DNA of 58,969 bases, counting the filler, from Sphacelaria rigidula (lineage: Eukaryota), in assembly GCA_964200075.2 (NCBI GenBank). It is 5 parts of 5 records of this genome, joined end to end, with 100 filler letters (N's around TTAATTAATTAA, not from the genome) between each part and the next. Parts side by side here need not be neighbours in the genome. Positions count along the whole stretch, not along the records: positions 23,631 to 35,344 come from CAXNAA020004602.1; positions 35,445 to 47,158 come from CAXNAA020004603.1; 3 more parts are not named here. One strand, given 5' to 3'. The notes under the pieces were generated by a model. The model worked only from the letters and a program-made list of their open reading frames with translations, was not told where the DNA came from and did not search any database. Below, in pieces: positions 29,701-43,350 of this stretch (positions within the stretch are counted from its first letter, which is position 1; every line of letters starts with the position of its first letter). A program made the position numbers and the translations under genes.

Positions 29701-32700
29701 ACCTGTTTGACACTTGAGTCCATGAGCGCGTTGGCTTGAGGGGGCTTCCGAGACGCTTATCTGATCATCATTCAGGGAAAATGCAACAATGCGAAGCACT
29801 GGCGGGTAATTACCCCTTTCCAGTGAGCAAATCAGCCACGCATTTGTGTCGTTGTTTGCTTCAGGCGATGCGAGCGCTGCTTGAGTTTGACGAAGGTCCC
29901 GCCATCTTCGCGGGAGATACGAATCTGCGCGAGGCGGAGGTAAAGCAAGAGAAGCTCGTCCGACAGGTGCGACTGCTGGGGATATCTCGCTTTTCTGTTG
30001 CACTTTGCACAATTTCTCGTGTTGATTATGACATTTTGCCCTGCGCATGCGTGCGCAGCTGCCGGTGCCGTGGCTCCTTTCCCTGACTACAAGAAAGGAA
30101 GTGAGGGGCATGTTTTACCATTCTCTTCTTGGCCAATCTCAACGTTGCAATTACAACCTTCGTAAATAAATGCCCAGTTGTGTGGGTAGCGACTCTTTCG
30201 ATTGCCGTGCGCATGCTGAGTCAGCCCGCAGTTGCAACAGTTGCACCGAACGCCCATATTCGCCGCATATTTTGGAGATCCACAGTTCACGATCATCCCG
30301 TCGTGAATTCCCGGGTCCTCAGCTGGACGCTGAAAGGATGGTTTCTTTGGGGGACTCAGGAGAGTTATTTTGTGGAGAGACAAGGGCTCCAGAGAAGAGA
30401 CCACTGTTACACATATGGTGTGCATCATGGTTATGAATGGGCCAGGACCCGCAGCGCTTCAGGTTTCCAGGACAACAGTAGGATTTTCCCCCCGCTGTTT
30501 CCCCCGACAACCCCCTGCTGCCATCGACGGCACCGCAGTAGCATTCGCGTCTCCGTCGCGGAATGCTTCGACAGTGATCGTAGTACGTAATACCGGTGTG
30601 GCGGGGGTAGCCATCGTCCCACCACAGTTGAAGCCGACAAAACTTACAAATAACCTATACACGGGGGGTGAAAAAGGTGCACCCGCTTCTCTCAACCATG
30701 GCAAAATGCTCGTACTGTCCTAGTGACTGAGAGTTTTTTTTCGGCATCACTTCTACGAAGCGCCCATGTTTATACGGCGTCGATGTACTGTACGACCACA
30801 GAAGCCACATGTCAAGACGTCATGGGACTGCCGGCGAACACAATTTCGTGACAGAACCCCAGGGCGTTTATACGAGTGACCACTTTATATTTTCGTCTAT
30901 CCCTACTCTCGTCGGACCGTTGTAAATTGCATGTTGACAGAGTGGTGACATGTGGCAGGTTTGTGGCGCAGACTCCGAGCATCGCTTTACCTGGGACTTG
31001 CTCAAGAATGATAACCTTGTTTTGGGATTCCAACCCAGGGCGCGATACGACAGGTAAATCACTTTGTCCTTCAGGAGTGCGTTATGTGGGTTGCCATATT
31101 TTTGCCAATAGCTTGGCACATCGTGCCGGGCTTCAAGAAACGTGAAGAGGGGCAAAGGGACACACATCCCTAGACTTCGATTAGTAGAGGGATACCAAAG
31201 TATTGCCCTGGGAAAGATTCAGCGCAAGGGCTTGGATCGCTACATGCCCGGGTTGTCAGTTTGACGTGACCCCTGAACGCTATCAGGTACCTTTAATTAT
31301 TTATTCAACGGAAAATAGGAGCCCTGCATTATCATGGAATATTCATGTGAGACATCCGTATGGGATGTGGGATATGGGTATTTACCTGGAATGGAAACGT
31401 CTACGTAGGATATGAATGTCCTCCTGGAAATGGATACAAAAGGAGGCGAAATATCCCAGATGGATCCCCTACTTGAACGGACATACCGGATGGATGTGAG
31501 ATCCTAGATGGACATCCCAGATGAATCAATCTTGCACGAGAATACAAGCGTGGAAAGGTCATAGTACTGAACAATGCACTGGCAGTCAACAAATCGGAGC
31601 ATCGCTTGAGGTGATCGTGTGCTTCCTTCGGTGACGCTCGCGGGGCATACACCCCTGCGTCCTCTAGATTGATGAGCCCCCCCCCCCCCCCCCCCCCCCG
31701 CCGCGCCCCCCCCCCCTTTCTTTGTTGTTTCCCTTTTTTTTTTTTTTTCCCCCTTTTTTTTTTTTTTTGTGTCGGTGGACGTGCTTCAAAGTAGTGGTAA
31801 TCAGCATGCGTCCACAAGTTAACGAACGCACAAAAAGTAACCCAGTTAGAATTTTCTGGCGGGGCAGCTCGACCCTAGCCCGAAGATTGAAGGTTGCATA
31901 GGGCGCGATGCAATTACGTTGGCAGGGGACTTCTCTGGCTTATAGTGCGTTGGCAACTGATGGAGCGCATTGCAGTGTGCGCCACCTAATTGCGACCAAA
32001 AAAAAAGTGCTAAGCTTCCGGCGCTCCCATACTAGACCAGCCAAGCCCCATTCTATCCCAAATCCATTTTGCCGACTTTTGGCCCAAGAGTGAGAAGAGC
32101 TGAAAGACTTTTGGGTTATTTCCCTTTACAAAAGAGCAATCTCGTGGGTAGCGAACATTGACTGTGCTGTGTTGTGGAACACCACCCCTTCGCCAACTTC
32201 TGCGCTGCATGGTCAAGGTTGCCATATATCGCGCGTGCGCTGATGCTTGACAATGGCCCAATTTTACCTAACGCACCAATGCGTTCACTGGCCTTACACG
32301 AGTGAATTCCAGACCACGATGCTACCCATGCACCTGTGAACAATTGTCGCGGCAGGACCAAATTTCATTTTTGACGTACACGAATGAGCGAGCGATATCA
32401 GCAGACGAGCGCCGGGCATACACGTCGCGTATTCCCAACCGAAGCACCTTACCCATACCACACCCGTGGGGGCTGCCGTCAATGGCTGTGATGGTGGTTC
32501 CTCTCACGAACACTATTGCTACTACAATATCATCATAGCGACTCGTGGTCGTACCGTAAGAGCATCACGGGACCTTTCGTTCTACTTCGGTGGGAGTACT
32601 GTGGCACCTGGTATCATGGCAGGTCCACCAGAGTCCATCGTGAAATGCGGTTTGCCGCGATCCCTTGTGTGGGATCTGTGGTGCGGCACCGTCATTTGCG

Positions 32701-33429
32701 TTGTCCGCCGATGTGACGCAAAATCGTAACAATGTGTGTAAATGGTTCCATGCTCTGGGGTAGCACCCTACCACCTCGCCAGCTCCACGATGACTTCAAC
32801 CCAGTCCCACACGGTATAGCTAACCCCAAATCCTCACCTACAGAACTCTAACCTGTGTTGAAGTGGTGTATGTGTAGGCCATGCGCATTGGTACGGTGTG
32901 TATTTGGGCGATGTGCCAATATCATTATCAAAATATCACTCATGAAAATGTTATGCCCCCCCCACAGCAGTGTTCGACGATCACAGTATCATGGACGCGT
33001 GTCACGGTACTGCCATGGCGCTCCCATGGGAGGAATGACGCATAGAATTGTCATGAGCACTTTTACGGTCCGATTAAACTATCACGTACAAAACATTCGT
33101 GATTCTGTCATGACAGTACCGTGGCACCTTCATCAGGGTACCATGGCATCACATGCATTCTGCTCTCCGTCTATTAATGACGGCACCATAAAATATTTCG
33201 ACTACTGCGGTACTATCATGCGCTACTGTGGTAAAACCTACCATCGCACTTAGTAATACCACCCCCTTGATTACCCTGTTGCATATCCTGTCGCCACAGG
33301 GCCTTCCTAAATCCAAAGGCGAAAGAGGGCGCCCGGTCGTTTGCGCTCTTGGGCACTGAGCGGATGGCGCCGCCACATTCGTGCTTCCCCAGCGACCACT
33401 TCGGCATAGATTGCTCCTTTGAGTGGTGA
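26752..33429 (+). CDS. TDP2: Tyrosyl-DNA phosphodiesterase 2-like (EEP superfamily); start exon not resolved
   Basis: Exons 26752-26871, 27180-27296, 27720-27875, 29212-29349, 29865-29966, 30941-31053 and 33300-33429 (TGA), all GT-AG and in phase. Motifs: VSWNID, ILLQ|EV, YFT, F.NSLMGRDL, TSHLES, IFAGDTNLRE.E, DMW..G....FTWD...NDN, RYDR, FPSDHFGI. These are the TDP2 catalytic signatures. Confidence 0.9.
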
Positions 33430-34226
33430 CCGTGAGTTCCAGCGCCAAGCACGAAGAACGTGCCTTCGGGGTGCTCATCATGTACTCTCCGGTGCACAAA
33501 GATGAGAATGTGATCCGGGTACATGCGGGCTGCCCCGCGGCCACATTATCCCGAGAAGTAGCAAGCGACTCGCAGCCACCGTGGGAAGCCAACTCTTGTA
33601 TGCGTTACAGTGTGCACTCCCTAGAGTTTCAGATTCATCAAGTGACAGTTACCAGGCCACAGCCGCACCACAGTTGTCCGTCCTTGCGCACCGATGACGA
33701 GTTCGTCGTTCTTCTTACAGTATGATACGACTCATGGAATGTTGTTTAGGAGAAAAAATGTATGAAAGATGTCGCGTTGTGTTGACTCTAGTGGCGGGGG
33801 GTAATGGCAACCCCGCGCCAGCCGCATCGTACGATGGCGTGGGAGTTGATACGGCCAAACAGGCGTCCAATATTCCTGTCTAGACGCGCTTGACGCGGTG
33901 ACGGTCTGCAAGATGGGAAAGCTGAAGTCTTGGATGAGGATACCAAGTGAGTAAGTAGTACATGAAGGCACGCTGGGGAAGTGTGTAGGCAGACAGAAAA
34001 CAGCAGTGCGTTCATGTAGGCCATACGTGTGGTTGCTCTGGGCACTCAAGGCCTCACAGGAGACGTATTGTGGAAAACCTGGGTACTTATGTTGCCCTCG
34101 CAATTGATGTATGATCGACTGAGATGGAATGTACTCCATCCGACAGACCATAGCCGAGTGGCGACGTGCTATTTGCGTCAAGGAGTAGGTATCCAATACC
34201 TCGTCCACGTTAACCATGCTCCTCTA

Positions 34227-34327
34227 TTACCGAACTCTCCCGAAACCGTAACTGCCCAAGCAGTAGAAATAGATGCACGGGTCTTTCAAGAAGTTGAGCG
34301 CGTAGGCTTGCCCGGCATCATCAGATT
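34227..34327 (-). CDS. Probable terminal exon of an unidentified gene convergent with TDP2
   Basis: Acceptor ccctcttcaacag, then phase-1 frame SDDAGQAYALNFLKDPCIYFYCLGSYGFGRVR ending in TAA. Upstream exons are not visible before the contig end. Confidence 0.35.
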
Positions 34328-34735
34328 CTGTTGAAGAGGGCATGTCAGTATCATTGATGTGTGAAAGCTGGATGTGGGCCTCCGGATCATTTATTTGATG
34401 GTGTCAGGGCTTGCTGTTGAAACGTCAACATGAAATTGATTAATTGATTAGTTGTGATTGATTCTGCACGGGTGACCACTGGCACACGTTATACGCATTT
34501 CGGAGCGTCCCTGGGATACCGAAAAACTGGACAGCATCCGTGCATTATGATTCTCTTTGCGAACGGATGTCCCAGAGAAATGGCAGAATTGCAACGGTTA
34601 CACAAGGCGACAACGCGCGCGAAAATAGCCCGAATCTCACTGTGCGCACGTCGCTCAACTCATCCATAACGTATCATACCCTATGGATGCTCCAAAATGC
34701 GGATAACGGACATCAGGAGCCACCCGTGTACATTT

Positions 34736-34816
34736 GGGGGAGGGGAAGGGGGGGCGTACTCATTTGTTACTCGCCTTCGTCGTTTGACAATTAACCACGC
34801 ATTCCTTTCGAGACGA
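34736..34816 (-). repeat. LINE 3' tail
   Basis: G-run then gcgtactcatttgttactcgcctt.gtcgtttgacaattaaccacgcattcctttcgagacg. Confidence 0.75.
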
Positions 34817-35277
34817 AGTTTGTTTGTTTTTTACTCGCGATCTTGTACGCCGTACGTGAAGCTCGCAATCACCAGGCGCGAAGCGCCGTGATGTATCCGG
34901 CGAGTCACAGGAGGGGTGAAATACGTCCTACCAAGATTGCCCCGAAAAGTACTAAATATCTTGCATATGGATGACAACCTCTAATGAGATGTTTCATTTT
35001 CTGGTATCGCCACTTCGAGAGATAGACTCGGGTTACACTGCCTCATGGTTGCCTCGCCGTTTGAACACTCCGTGGTACGACGATGCTCTCCGCGGGGAGA
35101 TCAGGTTCTCCCACCCCGCACCATATGATCTAGCTTCACCGCCATCACGGTTACCGCAGAAAAAACGCAAGCTAATGGTATCCTGTCTGCCCAGCTCACG
35201 TGGTGCGTGGCGTGTTTTGCAGCACCCTTACCAACCGATGCCAACCCTTGAGGGAGTCAACATCACGTTACCTGAGT

Positions 35278-35344
35278 GGGGGGGGGGGGCGTACTCACTT
35301 GTTGCTTGCCTTAGTCGTGTGACCATTGACCCCGCATCCCTTTC
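35278..35344 (-). repeat. LINE 3' tail at contig end
   Basis: G-run then cgtactcacttgttgcttgccttagtcgtgtgaccattgaccccgcatccctttc. Confidence 0.8.
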
Positions 35345-35444
35345 NNNNNNNNNNNNNNNNNNNNNNNNNNNNNNNNNNNNNNNNNNNNTTAATTAATTAA
35401 NNNNNNNNNNNNNNNNNNNNNNNNNNNNNNNNNNNNNNNNNNNN
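35345..35444. other. Artificial contig linker
   Basis: N44-TTAATTAATTAA-N44. Confidence 0.97.
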
Positions 35445-35522
35445 CGATTCATTCACTGATTGACCGCTTTTCACTCTCAATCGTATCATCTACTCTCAAT
35501 CTCACGAAAACACTGTTAGTAG

Positions 35523-35932
35523 TGTTACGGCAGATATCGGCTGTACCAAGAGTAGTAGGTGTTTCGAAGTACACATGACATGTGCAATAGGTCGTATTCC
35601 ATTCGCATATTAGTGTTATGCTCCAGTATGAGGTGTTGCGTGCCCAGTCTCTCACAGCTCTTAGCTACCTAGCCAAGCCTAATGACAAAGCTATCAGCCA
35701 CCACTTGGAGACACCTCGCTTGCAAGCAAGTCAAGGGCACTCTTCTGCACGTGAAAGTAAGCCTGTGTTTTGCATTATGTATGCAGTGCTGGATGAACCG
35801 AACTCTTCGGTGAGTCTCTGGTGCAGCACAACTGCTTGCCTGCAGTAATGGTTACGCTGGCCGCTGGTGTTTCACCGCCCCCAGCCTATGTCCCACGAGC
35901 TTGATACGCCACCCTGAGACTCGACCACGACA
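35523..35932 (+). repeat. 5' LTR (410 bp)
   Basis: TGTTACGGCAGATATC...CGACCACGACA; duplicated at 42944-43350. Confidence 0.85.
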
Positions 35933-37102
35933 TGGTGACTAATCGAGAAGATGACCAGTACTACACAGTCGCAGCGCTGTAGAGCTGTCCTGTTTTGCGT
36001 TGTGTTTACATACGGTGTAGAATTATGCTTTCTTTTCAAGCTTGGAGTCCGCCAAGCACCGGCCAGTGTCTTTCGGGCCAAAAAGTGTCATGCCGTTTGG
36101 CTTCTAGAAGCTACCATCGAGCCGGCCAGATCGCAGCTGTCTTGTGCTTTGATATTTCCCACGCCAAAGTGGCACTGTAACTACATCCTGTCGTGCACCA
36201 TTATACACGGCCCTGTGAGTTCACGGCGTGGTAACCCACGCACACCATCGCTACGACAGAATGCTGGAGACAGCATGCGTTCGCATGTACACGAGCTCGC
36301 GCTGGAAAACGAGCGAATTTTGAAAATGATGTCCACGCCTCGCAGTGCAGTACACATTCTTTCATAATAAGAGGTTTGGATGTTACTGTATAATACAACG
36401 TGCGCATTGTGTACTAAGTGCTTTGTAGGCTGCAGGTAAGTGCTGTTGTCCCACTACTAGAGAGTGAAGTGAAGTGACCCGACACAGTAACCGGCGAACA
36501 TGCGTGCGCAGAGTGCACATAGCCAGCAGTTCGGGGTAAAATCCACCTGGAGGTAGGTATATATACATGCTGTTGATTGCTTGCGAACAGTCAGATATTG
36601 GGAGACAGCACTCCGCGTGCAATGTGCGCGGTTCATATGTGTCTTTCATGTCACGCTCCTATTAGATCTGGTGCAGCAGTACCTACCTATGTTAGCCAGG
36701 TACGTGTTCGCATGGTGTTTGCACTGTGTTAGCCAGGTACGTGATCGCACTGTGTTTGTACTGACCTGCATGCGGGGGCAGTGTGTTCACGCTGTCTGCA
36801 ATTTCGTACCAAAGAATCCTAAGCGCACAAACAGGACTGCTCGAGCAGTTGTTCGGATCATTCTGTGTGAGTCCGAATGAGTTTTTGACCAACATACGGG
36901 GCATCTATGTTGGAGTCATCCTCGGGGCGAAACATGTTCAACGCCCGGCAAATGACGAATGACCCCTAGTATGATTGGTGTGCGGCATTGTGAAAAGTCA
37001 TTGCGCGGGTCAAGTCGTTTGGATTCGCTTCCACTCCTCGCCACAACATGTCGCCACTACATTGGGATCTTCTCATCGGCCTACCTTTCGACACATCATA
37101 TC

Positions 37103-37190
37103 GTCACTTCACTATATGGGACCGTCACTACACTACATGGGACCGTCACTACACTGCAGGGGACTGTCACTACTCTTCAGAGGACCGTCA
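37103..37190 (+). repeat. 21-bp minisatellite, 4 copies
   Basis: Consensus gtcactacactacatgggacc repeated four times with substitutions. Confidence 0.8.
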
Positions 37191-38642
37191 TAACATGGGT
37201 TTCTTCACGCCGGGAAACTTGGGGCAATCAGTGCTGTTACTCGGCAGCAGTAGACACATCGATTGTATAAGATATTACGTGCAGGGCTCACGCCTTGATC
37301 ACATTGTTTTATCCACCCTTTCTGTACTGTAGCGTTGCGTACGACTCTTCCCTTCACAGTGACCCACATTTCATTTCATTTTTTTTCTTTCTATTTTTAT
37401 CTACTATTCAAGTCTTGATTTGTTTCTGAGGTTTCGGAATTGCACACGAACATCGGAAGAGCACGCACTACTACTACGCCCCCCCGTCCGCCCCTGCCGC
37501 TTTTGCTGTTCGATCTTGCTCGCTCCTGTCGCCCCGAACGTGCCTGCGTAATGTCGCGAGTCATACCATGGTCGTTGGTATCGCATCATACCATGTTTAT
37601 TTCCTCCCCCACTGTTATTTTTCTTGCTGTTGAATTTTTTCTGCGATCACACTGTTTTACACTAGTGATCCCTTTCCCTCATCGTCTGCGTTTAGCAGTC
37701 GTAGCCCACAATGCACTATTTGCGCCATTCTCTCCTTTCACCGACTCCAGTATTTTTTTTTCCTTTTGCCCACCTGTCTGCCGTATGGTACCCCTTGATT
37801 TTCTGCCGTTTTTCTCCTCTCTTTCTACATTTTCGGTTATATTCTCTCTACTCCCCGTGGCAATTGTACTCTACAGCCATCTTCGCTATTTGTTTTTGCT
37901 ACTTCCATGTTGCAAGCTACAGCCCCGCGCATCCATGGTGTTTTTTCGGCAAATATTTCGCTAGAGCCATTGCCTGACGCACGAAAGTACACCCCAGGTA
38001 CACCTGTCTTGAGAAACCCGCGATGGCAAACTCCAGGGACGACCACTAAGCGCAACGAAAGCCAACTCGGGATAAGGGGTGAGATCGGGCATCGACAGCG
38101 GCTTCACCAATCGTAGCCAATGGCGGTTTGCTAGACATCTGAGAACATGGTGTAACCATATATCGGGAAGGTTGTAGGGTAAGGTTAACAGGTGGGTGAA
38201 TCGGAGAAACGGGAGCTGGGAGGCGTTCTGCTGGGCTCTCTGGACACTGGGCTGTTCTCCACGGACCCGAAGCAGGTTCTGGCCACCATCAACGGTGAGC
38301 TACAAATACCCCTTGTTTGAGAGTACTGTACTCCATTCACAGCAAATCAACTCCACTTGTTTTTGTCGAGTAGCGTCACGTAGCTCCCTAAGTGGTAGAC
38401 CCGAGACCGCCCGAACTGCACCGATCAAGGTTCCGTAACAGGTGTTAGTATTCGTCATTCCGCACAGTTAACGAAGGAACGAAGGTAGGCGAAGTGCTCT
38501 CCGCAGGGGGGGGAACGCCTACTTCATCCCACAGACCTCCAACTGGACACAGTGACGAATGATCGTGCTATGTAGACCCTTACCAACGCATCCAATCTGA
38601 TCTCCAAGGAGACCCTTTGAGAAAACAGGTGCAATCGGACCT

Positions 38643-39937
38643 GGGGGGGGCATACACTCGTTGATTGCCTTAATCGTTCGACCACTGACCACGGATCCCT
38701 TTCGAGACGGAGCACCGCTCCTACTCCTAATAGAGACACCTTCAACATTCCGGCGCGCATTACGCTTCTTCCATAACTCATTACGTTCCTTCCACACATT
38801 GCGCAAAAACCTTTTACATATCTAATACACCAGACGATTTCATACCACCTTCGTTCACGTCCCGTATTTCCCCCTCTGGCATGTCCCGTTCCTCCTTGCA
38901 TAGGTCACATTGTTCCACTTCATGACTTCTGCTCTCTATTGCTTTGCCACAGCGGCAGTTCTGTCGATTTACTTCCTCCTTTTTCCGACTACTAGTATAC
39001 CTCTTTCTTCTTTCCGGCAGGTCCAATTCTTTACCCGAAACCGCAGTTTCAATTTTTTCGCCGCGTCCACGGGACCATGCAGATATGTTTTCATTCCGAT
39101 TCCCTCTCTCAACCCCCCGGTTATCTCCAGGTGTTCTTTCTCGTCTACCTTACGTCTGAGCGCTCCTTTTCCCCCCCTCATTCTTCTCGTGTTGCTCACT
39201 TTTGTCTTGTACCCCGCGCCTGCATCTAGGGACAGTATTTCGTCTTGGTTCCCTCTTATCTCCTTCGATACTTTCTCGACTTCTCTATCCCACCTTATGG
39301 CATCCACTTTCGTACTTTTCTTCCATACAGCCTTATCAACGACAGCTGGCAGTCTCTTTCTCTACATGTTCAAGCGATATTGCCATCTGAGTTTCCTCAT
39401 GCCTTCTGTTTGTTTTAAGTGATTATATTTCCAACTCTGCTCTCAAAACTGAATTACTCGTCGTTTTCGAGCATCCGAGTATTTCCTTAGCTACTGCTAT
39501 CTGCACTGTTTCTAACTTCTTCACCAATTTCACGTTCCACTCCCATACTTCTCCAGCATATATCAGCTGTGGTACGATCAAGTTCATCAGGATACATCTC
39601 TCAATCCTGGTGTCTGGGTGCGGGTCTCTGAGGATCACGTTCATCCTTTCTATCTGTGCCTTACCCTTTTACATAACATTGTTTACGTGTGCATTCCAAG
39701 AACAGCGTTTTGAGATATCTACGCCAAGGTATGTATATTGGTCTAGAATCGACAGTTGTTCCTCTCCTCCCCACTTCTACCTGAACTCCAGTGGATTTTC
39801 CTCATCCTCGTTACAGACGAGTATCGCGCATATTTTCACATTCGCTATCACTCTCCATTGCCTAGTGTATTCTTGCGCCTTGTCTATCTGTTTTTGTAAT
39901 CCTTCTACTCTTTCTGAAATCCCCACAAAATTGTTGG
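38643..39937 (-). mobile_element. 5'-truncated non-LTR retrotransposon (LINE): RT C-terminal part and zinc knuckle, degenerate, nested in the LTR element
   Basis: Broken frames NNFVGISERVEGLQKQIDKAQEYTRQWRVIANVKICAILV...YTYLGVDIS...SWNAHV, LIVPQLIYAGEVW, EILGCSKTTSNSVLRAEL, LKLRFRV and CRCGKAIESRSHEVEQC. Ends in the common tail and a C-run. Confidence 0.88.
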
Positions 39938-42900
39938 ACCTGAGGAGAAAACGACGGCCGAAACGGTAGGTGAGAGGCGATCCGAGTACGGAATAAAAGC
40001 GATACTGGGAGTCGATGCTGAGGAGCTGCCGGCGGTTCCAAAAATAATGATTAGCACTCGAAAATTGAGCGGTAGGCGCCACCCTTTCCACGATGCGTGG
40101 CCGCTCCCTTTCGTCAACAAGTACGAAAGATACCAGGCAAGATGTGCTGTCATGCCGTTGCAGGAGGCCCAAGAGGTCACGCAGGCGCCAAACGGCCATC
40201 AGGTGGGGGCGTGCGGTAGACCCATGGGACGAGGTGATCAACGTGCCAACAATTGAGGTAATGTTGCATTCACATACACGTACATCTACAGGCACTTGAC
40301 CTCGCTCGATCCCCTATTGATTTTCCACAGCTATCAAAACGAGTCAACGGGGTAGTCAGTGCCCCTGCAGAATGTGCCTAACTTCCGGTGCCCCTCAAAA
40401 GATTCACTGAACAGAGGCGAAAAGTATAGCGTGGAGGTAGTCACCCATTTGAGCAGGTGACTTTAAAGAAGGCATCGCTTATCCGAAGCGTCAGATCTCC
40501 CACGCGGCAAGGACGCAGTCGTAAGACCAGGAGGATGGCTACTGGATATGTTGTCAGAGCTTTGCAAGTCATGTGGGGTGAACACGTCTCATTGGCTCCG
40601 TGAACCACGCGCACATTGCTTGACACGCTGCTCCCGGAGTTGCCGTGTCAACGCAAAACCAATATCCAAGCTGGATTTCACTTCTATCGCAAGAAGCAGA
40701 ACCGAGTATACAACTGCACCCTTTCGTATATCAGCGCGAATAGCATCTATGCGAGGTAAGACTGGTGATGGATCCGGAAGGTGAGATCTCAATGTATGTC
40801 GGGATGGCAACGGCAGGAAATTGCAGCACTAGTACACGGTACATGGAAAGTCGGCAAGGATAGATGACGGCACGCGGTCTGGAGGTGGTGATGCAAGGAC
40901 ACAAAATACTTACGCGCAAGATAGTCCGCCATAGGTCGAACCGCATACCGTTACCCGCCCCACCTGAGATATTCAATCGCTGACGGGTTCGCCTAGTTTG
41001 CTTGAACACCAGACTTCGAGGCGACGCCAACCTTTAAAACCCCACACCTCACCTCCTCACCCTGAAACACCGTCGCGAGTCTAAATCCAGAAAACAAAAC
41101 AGGTTGGGAATAGCGAGCAAAGGTCCAGGATGGAGTAATGTCAGAGGGGCCACCAGGAAGCAGAGTCCTGGAAAGCCTGATGCTTCCACGAGTGGACGGG
41201 TTCCACGCCCTTTGGCACCTGCACCACCCAGCCAAGGCATCAAGTATGCCATCCCGCCCGAGCACGCCATGTCCCTCTGTCGCGCAGTGATATTCTGAAC
41301 TTGTTATCCATAGGTTTCGCATTCCGAGAGGATTTTGACGGAGCTCAGCAATAAGGACATGTGCTCGACGACGGTGAACGCTTCGGAAGAGTGATGAGAC
41401 GACGAAGACTACGTGGAGTCTTCGAGTGAAGAGCTCCAGCAAGTGGCCCAGAAAAGCGAGCCGATGGCATTGAGCGAACGAAGCAGAGAACAGCATTAAT
41501 GTTGTACGAAGGGAAGAGCAGGAGACCGTTTTGTGGCGCATTACAGGAGCGAGCAGCGCTTTGTATTTGTATTTTACTCTTTATATGGCAATGAGCAGTA
41601 GTTCAATGCTGTTTCTTTCTTTCCATTGGAACTGTTCAGTATTTACTTGTTTTTCTACTCTCTTCGGGTCTGTTTTCACTCATGTTTTCCCGTTGATCAT
41701 GGGCTCGGTTATATACCTTGCATCGTTCCCGGGTTTATTTTCTCACCTTATGACGTTTGATCTTGATTTTGTTTTGGAGGGGGGCGCTTTCTCGATTCGT
41801 TTGCCTCGTTTTTTTCGGATCAGAACTTCCCCCTTAGGCCCTCATATTTTTTTTCTCTGTTCGGTTTTCTAGTCTGGATTCTATTTGTTCTTTTTCCCTC
41901 AACCGTTTTGCTTTCTCTTGATTTCGTAGGACCTGGTCCTCTTTCTCGTGTCAGTCCTTTTTATTTTTTTGTTTCCATGTTTCATGAGTTGTTGTTTTCG
42001 TACTATGGACGTGGTATGTCCTTTCTAATTTTCCTTTATGTTTCAGTTTCCTTTCTCCCCTTCTCCTTTTGGTGTGGGCCTGGTTCGTTCCTCCAGCACT
42101 TTTTTTTTGTTTCTCTCTCCATTCCCACCTTTTTGCGGAGTTGATTTTGATCCGCTCTTTCTTTTTCCCGGTCTTGCATTCCATGAAGGTTATTTATTTC
42201 TTGGTTTTGTCAGACCTGATCCCACCGTTTGTTTCACGTACCCGGTTCGTTCATCACGTTTCTTCATCCTCGGAGAACGTTGATCCGATTTTTAGGGTGC
42301 CCCACCCCTTTCGAGTAGAGCAATTCATATCGTGGAGTAAGCATTGTACAAAGAGGGTGGGCATCGAGTACCTGCTTGGACACTGTAACATGACGGAACT
42401 GTTGATCTAGAACTTAGGAGTCCCCCGGTGTCCAGTAGGTCAGTTGCTGCTGGTCGACGAGAGAAAGGCCTACGCACTCCCATCAACCAGTAAGCGCTTT
42501 CTTGTTTTGTTTTTAGTGGGTCAGCTCTTTTTTGCGAGTCCTACACTACCCAGGATTGGTGTAAACCAATCAAGGGTGTCTAAGCGCCGTTACCATCGGA
42601 AAATAGTCGCTGGCTATACTCCGTGGTTTCGGTTCCCAGTGTAACTGGAATCCCGGGACGACATAGCACATGCGAAGATACTCGCTATGATCCGAGAAGG
42701 CGTGAGAGATTTTTTCCCCGAGCGATGAGGCTTTTTACTGAAAATCAGGTTTTGCCCATCCTTCCGATTTCATGACGAGTTTTTCCCGCGGTTAGTCGTA
42801 GCCCCCGAAATTCTGCGGTTTTCTCGTCGCTGACGTGATTTTGAGCTGATAGCTTACAGAGTTGGGGGAATTCCCCCGGAGTGCATTGAGCTGTGACTTT

Positions 42901-42943
42901 CCTTACCTTCCATTAGCAGTGTGCACAAAGCGAGGGAGTGGGA

Positions 42944-43350
42944 TGCTACGGCAGATATCGGCTGTACCTGTAGTAGGTGTTCCGAAGTACACATGGCATG
43001 TGCAATAGGTTGCATTCCATTCGCATATTAGTGTTATGCTCCAGTATGAGGTGTTGCGTGCCCAGTCTCTCACAGCTCTTAGCTACCTAGCCAAGCCTAA
43101 TAACAAAGCTATCAGCCACCACTTGGAGACACCTCGCTTGCAAGCAAGTCAAGGGCACTCTTCTGCACGTGAAAGTAAGCCTGTGTTTTGCATGATGTAT
43201 GCAGTACTGGATGAACCGAACTCTTCGGTGAGTCTCTGGTGCAGCACAACTGCTTGCCTGCAGTAACGGTTACGCTGGCCGCTGGTGTCTCACCGCCCCC
43301 AGCCTATGTCCCACGAGCTTGATACGCCACCCTGAGACTCGACCACGACA
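42944..43350 (+). repeat. 3' LTR (407 bp)
   Basis: TGCTACGGCAGATATC...CGACCACGACA; preceded by the polypurine tract. Confidence 0.85.

Larger units (their letters stand above)
35523..43350 (+). mobile_element. LTR retroelement without recognisable gag/pol (non-autonomous, LARD-like)
   Basis: Direct repeats 35523-35932 and 42944-43350, both TG...CA and about 97% identical by eye. PBS-like TGGTGAC directly after the 5' LTR. Purine tract AAAGCGAGGGAGTGGGA directly before the 3' LTR. No clean target-site duplication (gtag vs gcag). Confidence 0.8.

Noticed and set aside
29179..30111. 310-aa minus-strand ORF (longest in the track)
   Set aside because: Antisense to two TDP2 exons and their intron, with no recognisable domain.
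38151..38440. Possible solo LTR (TGTAAC...GTAACA)
   Set aside because: No target-site duplication and no second copy in the window.
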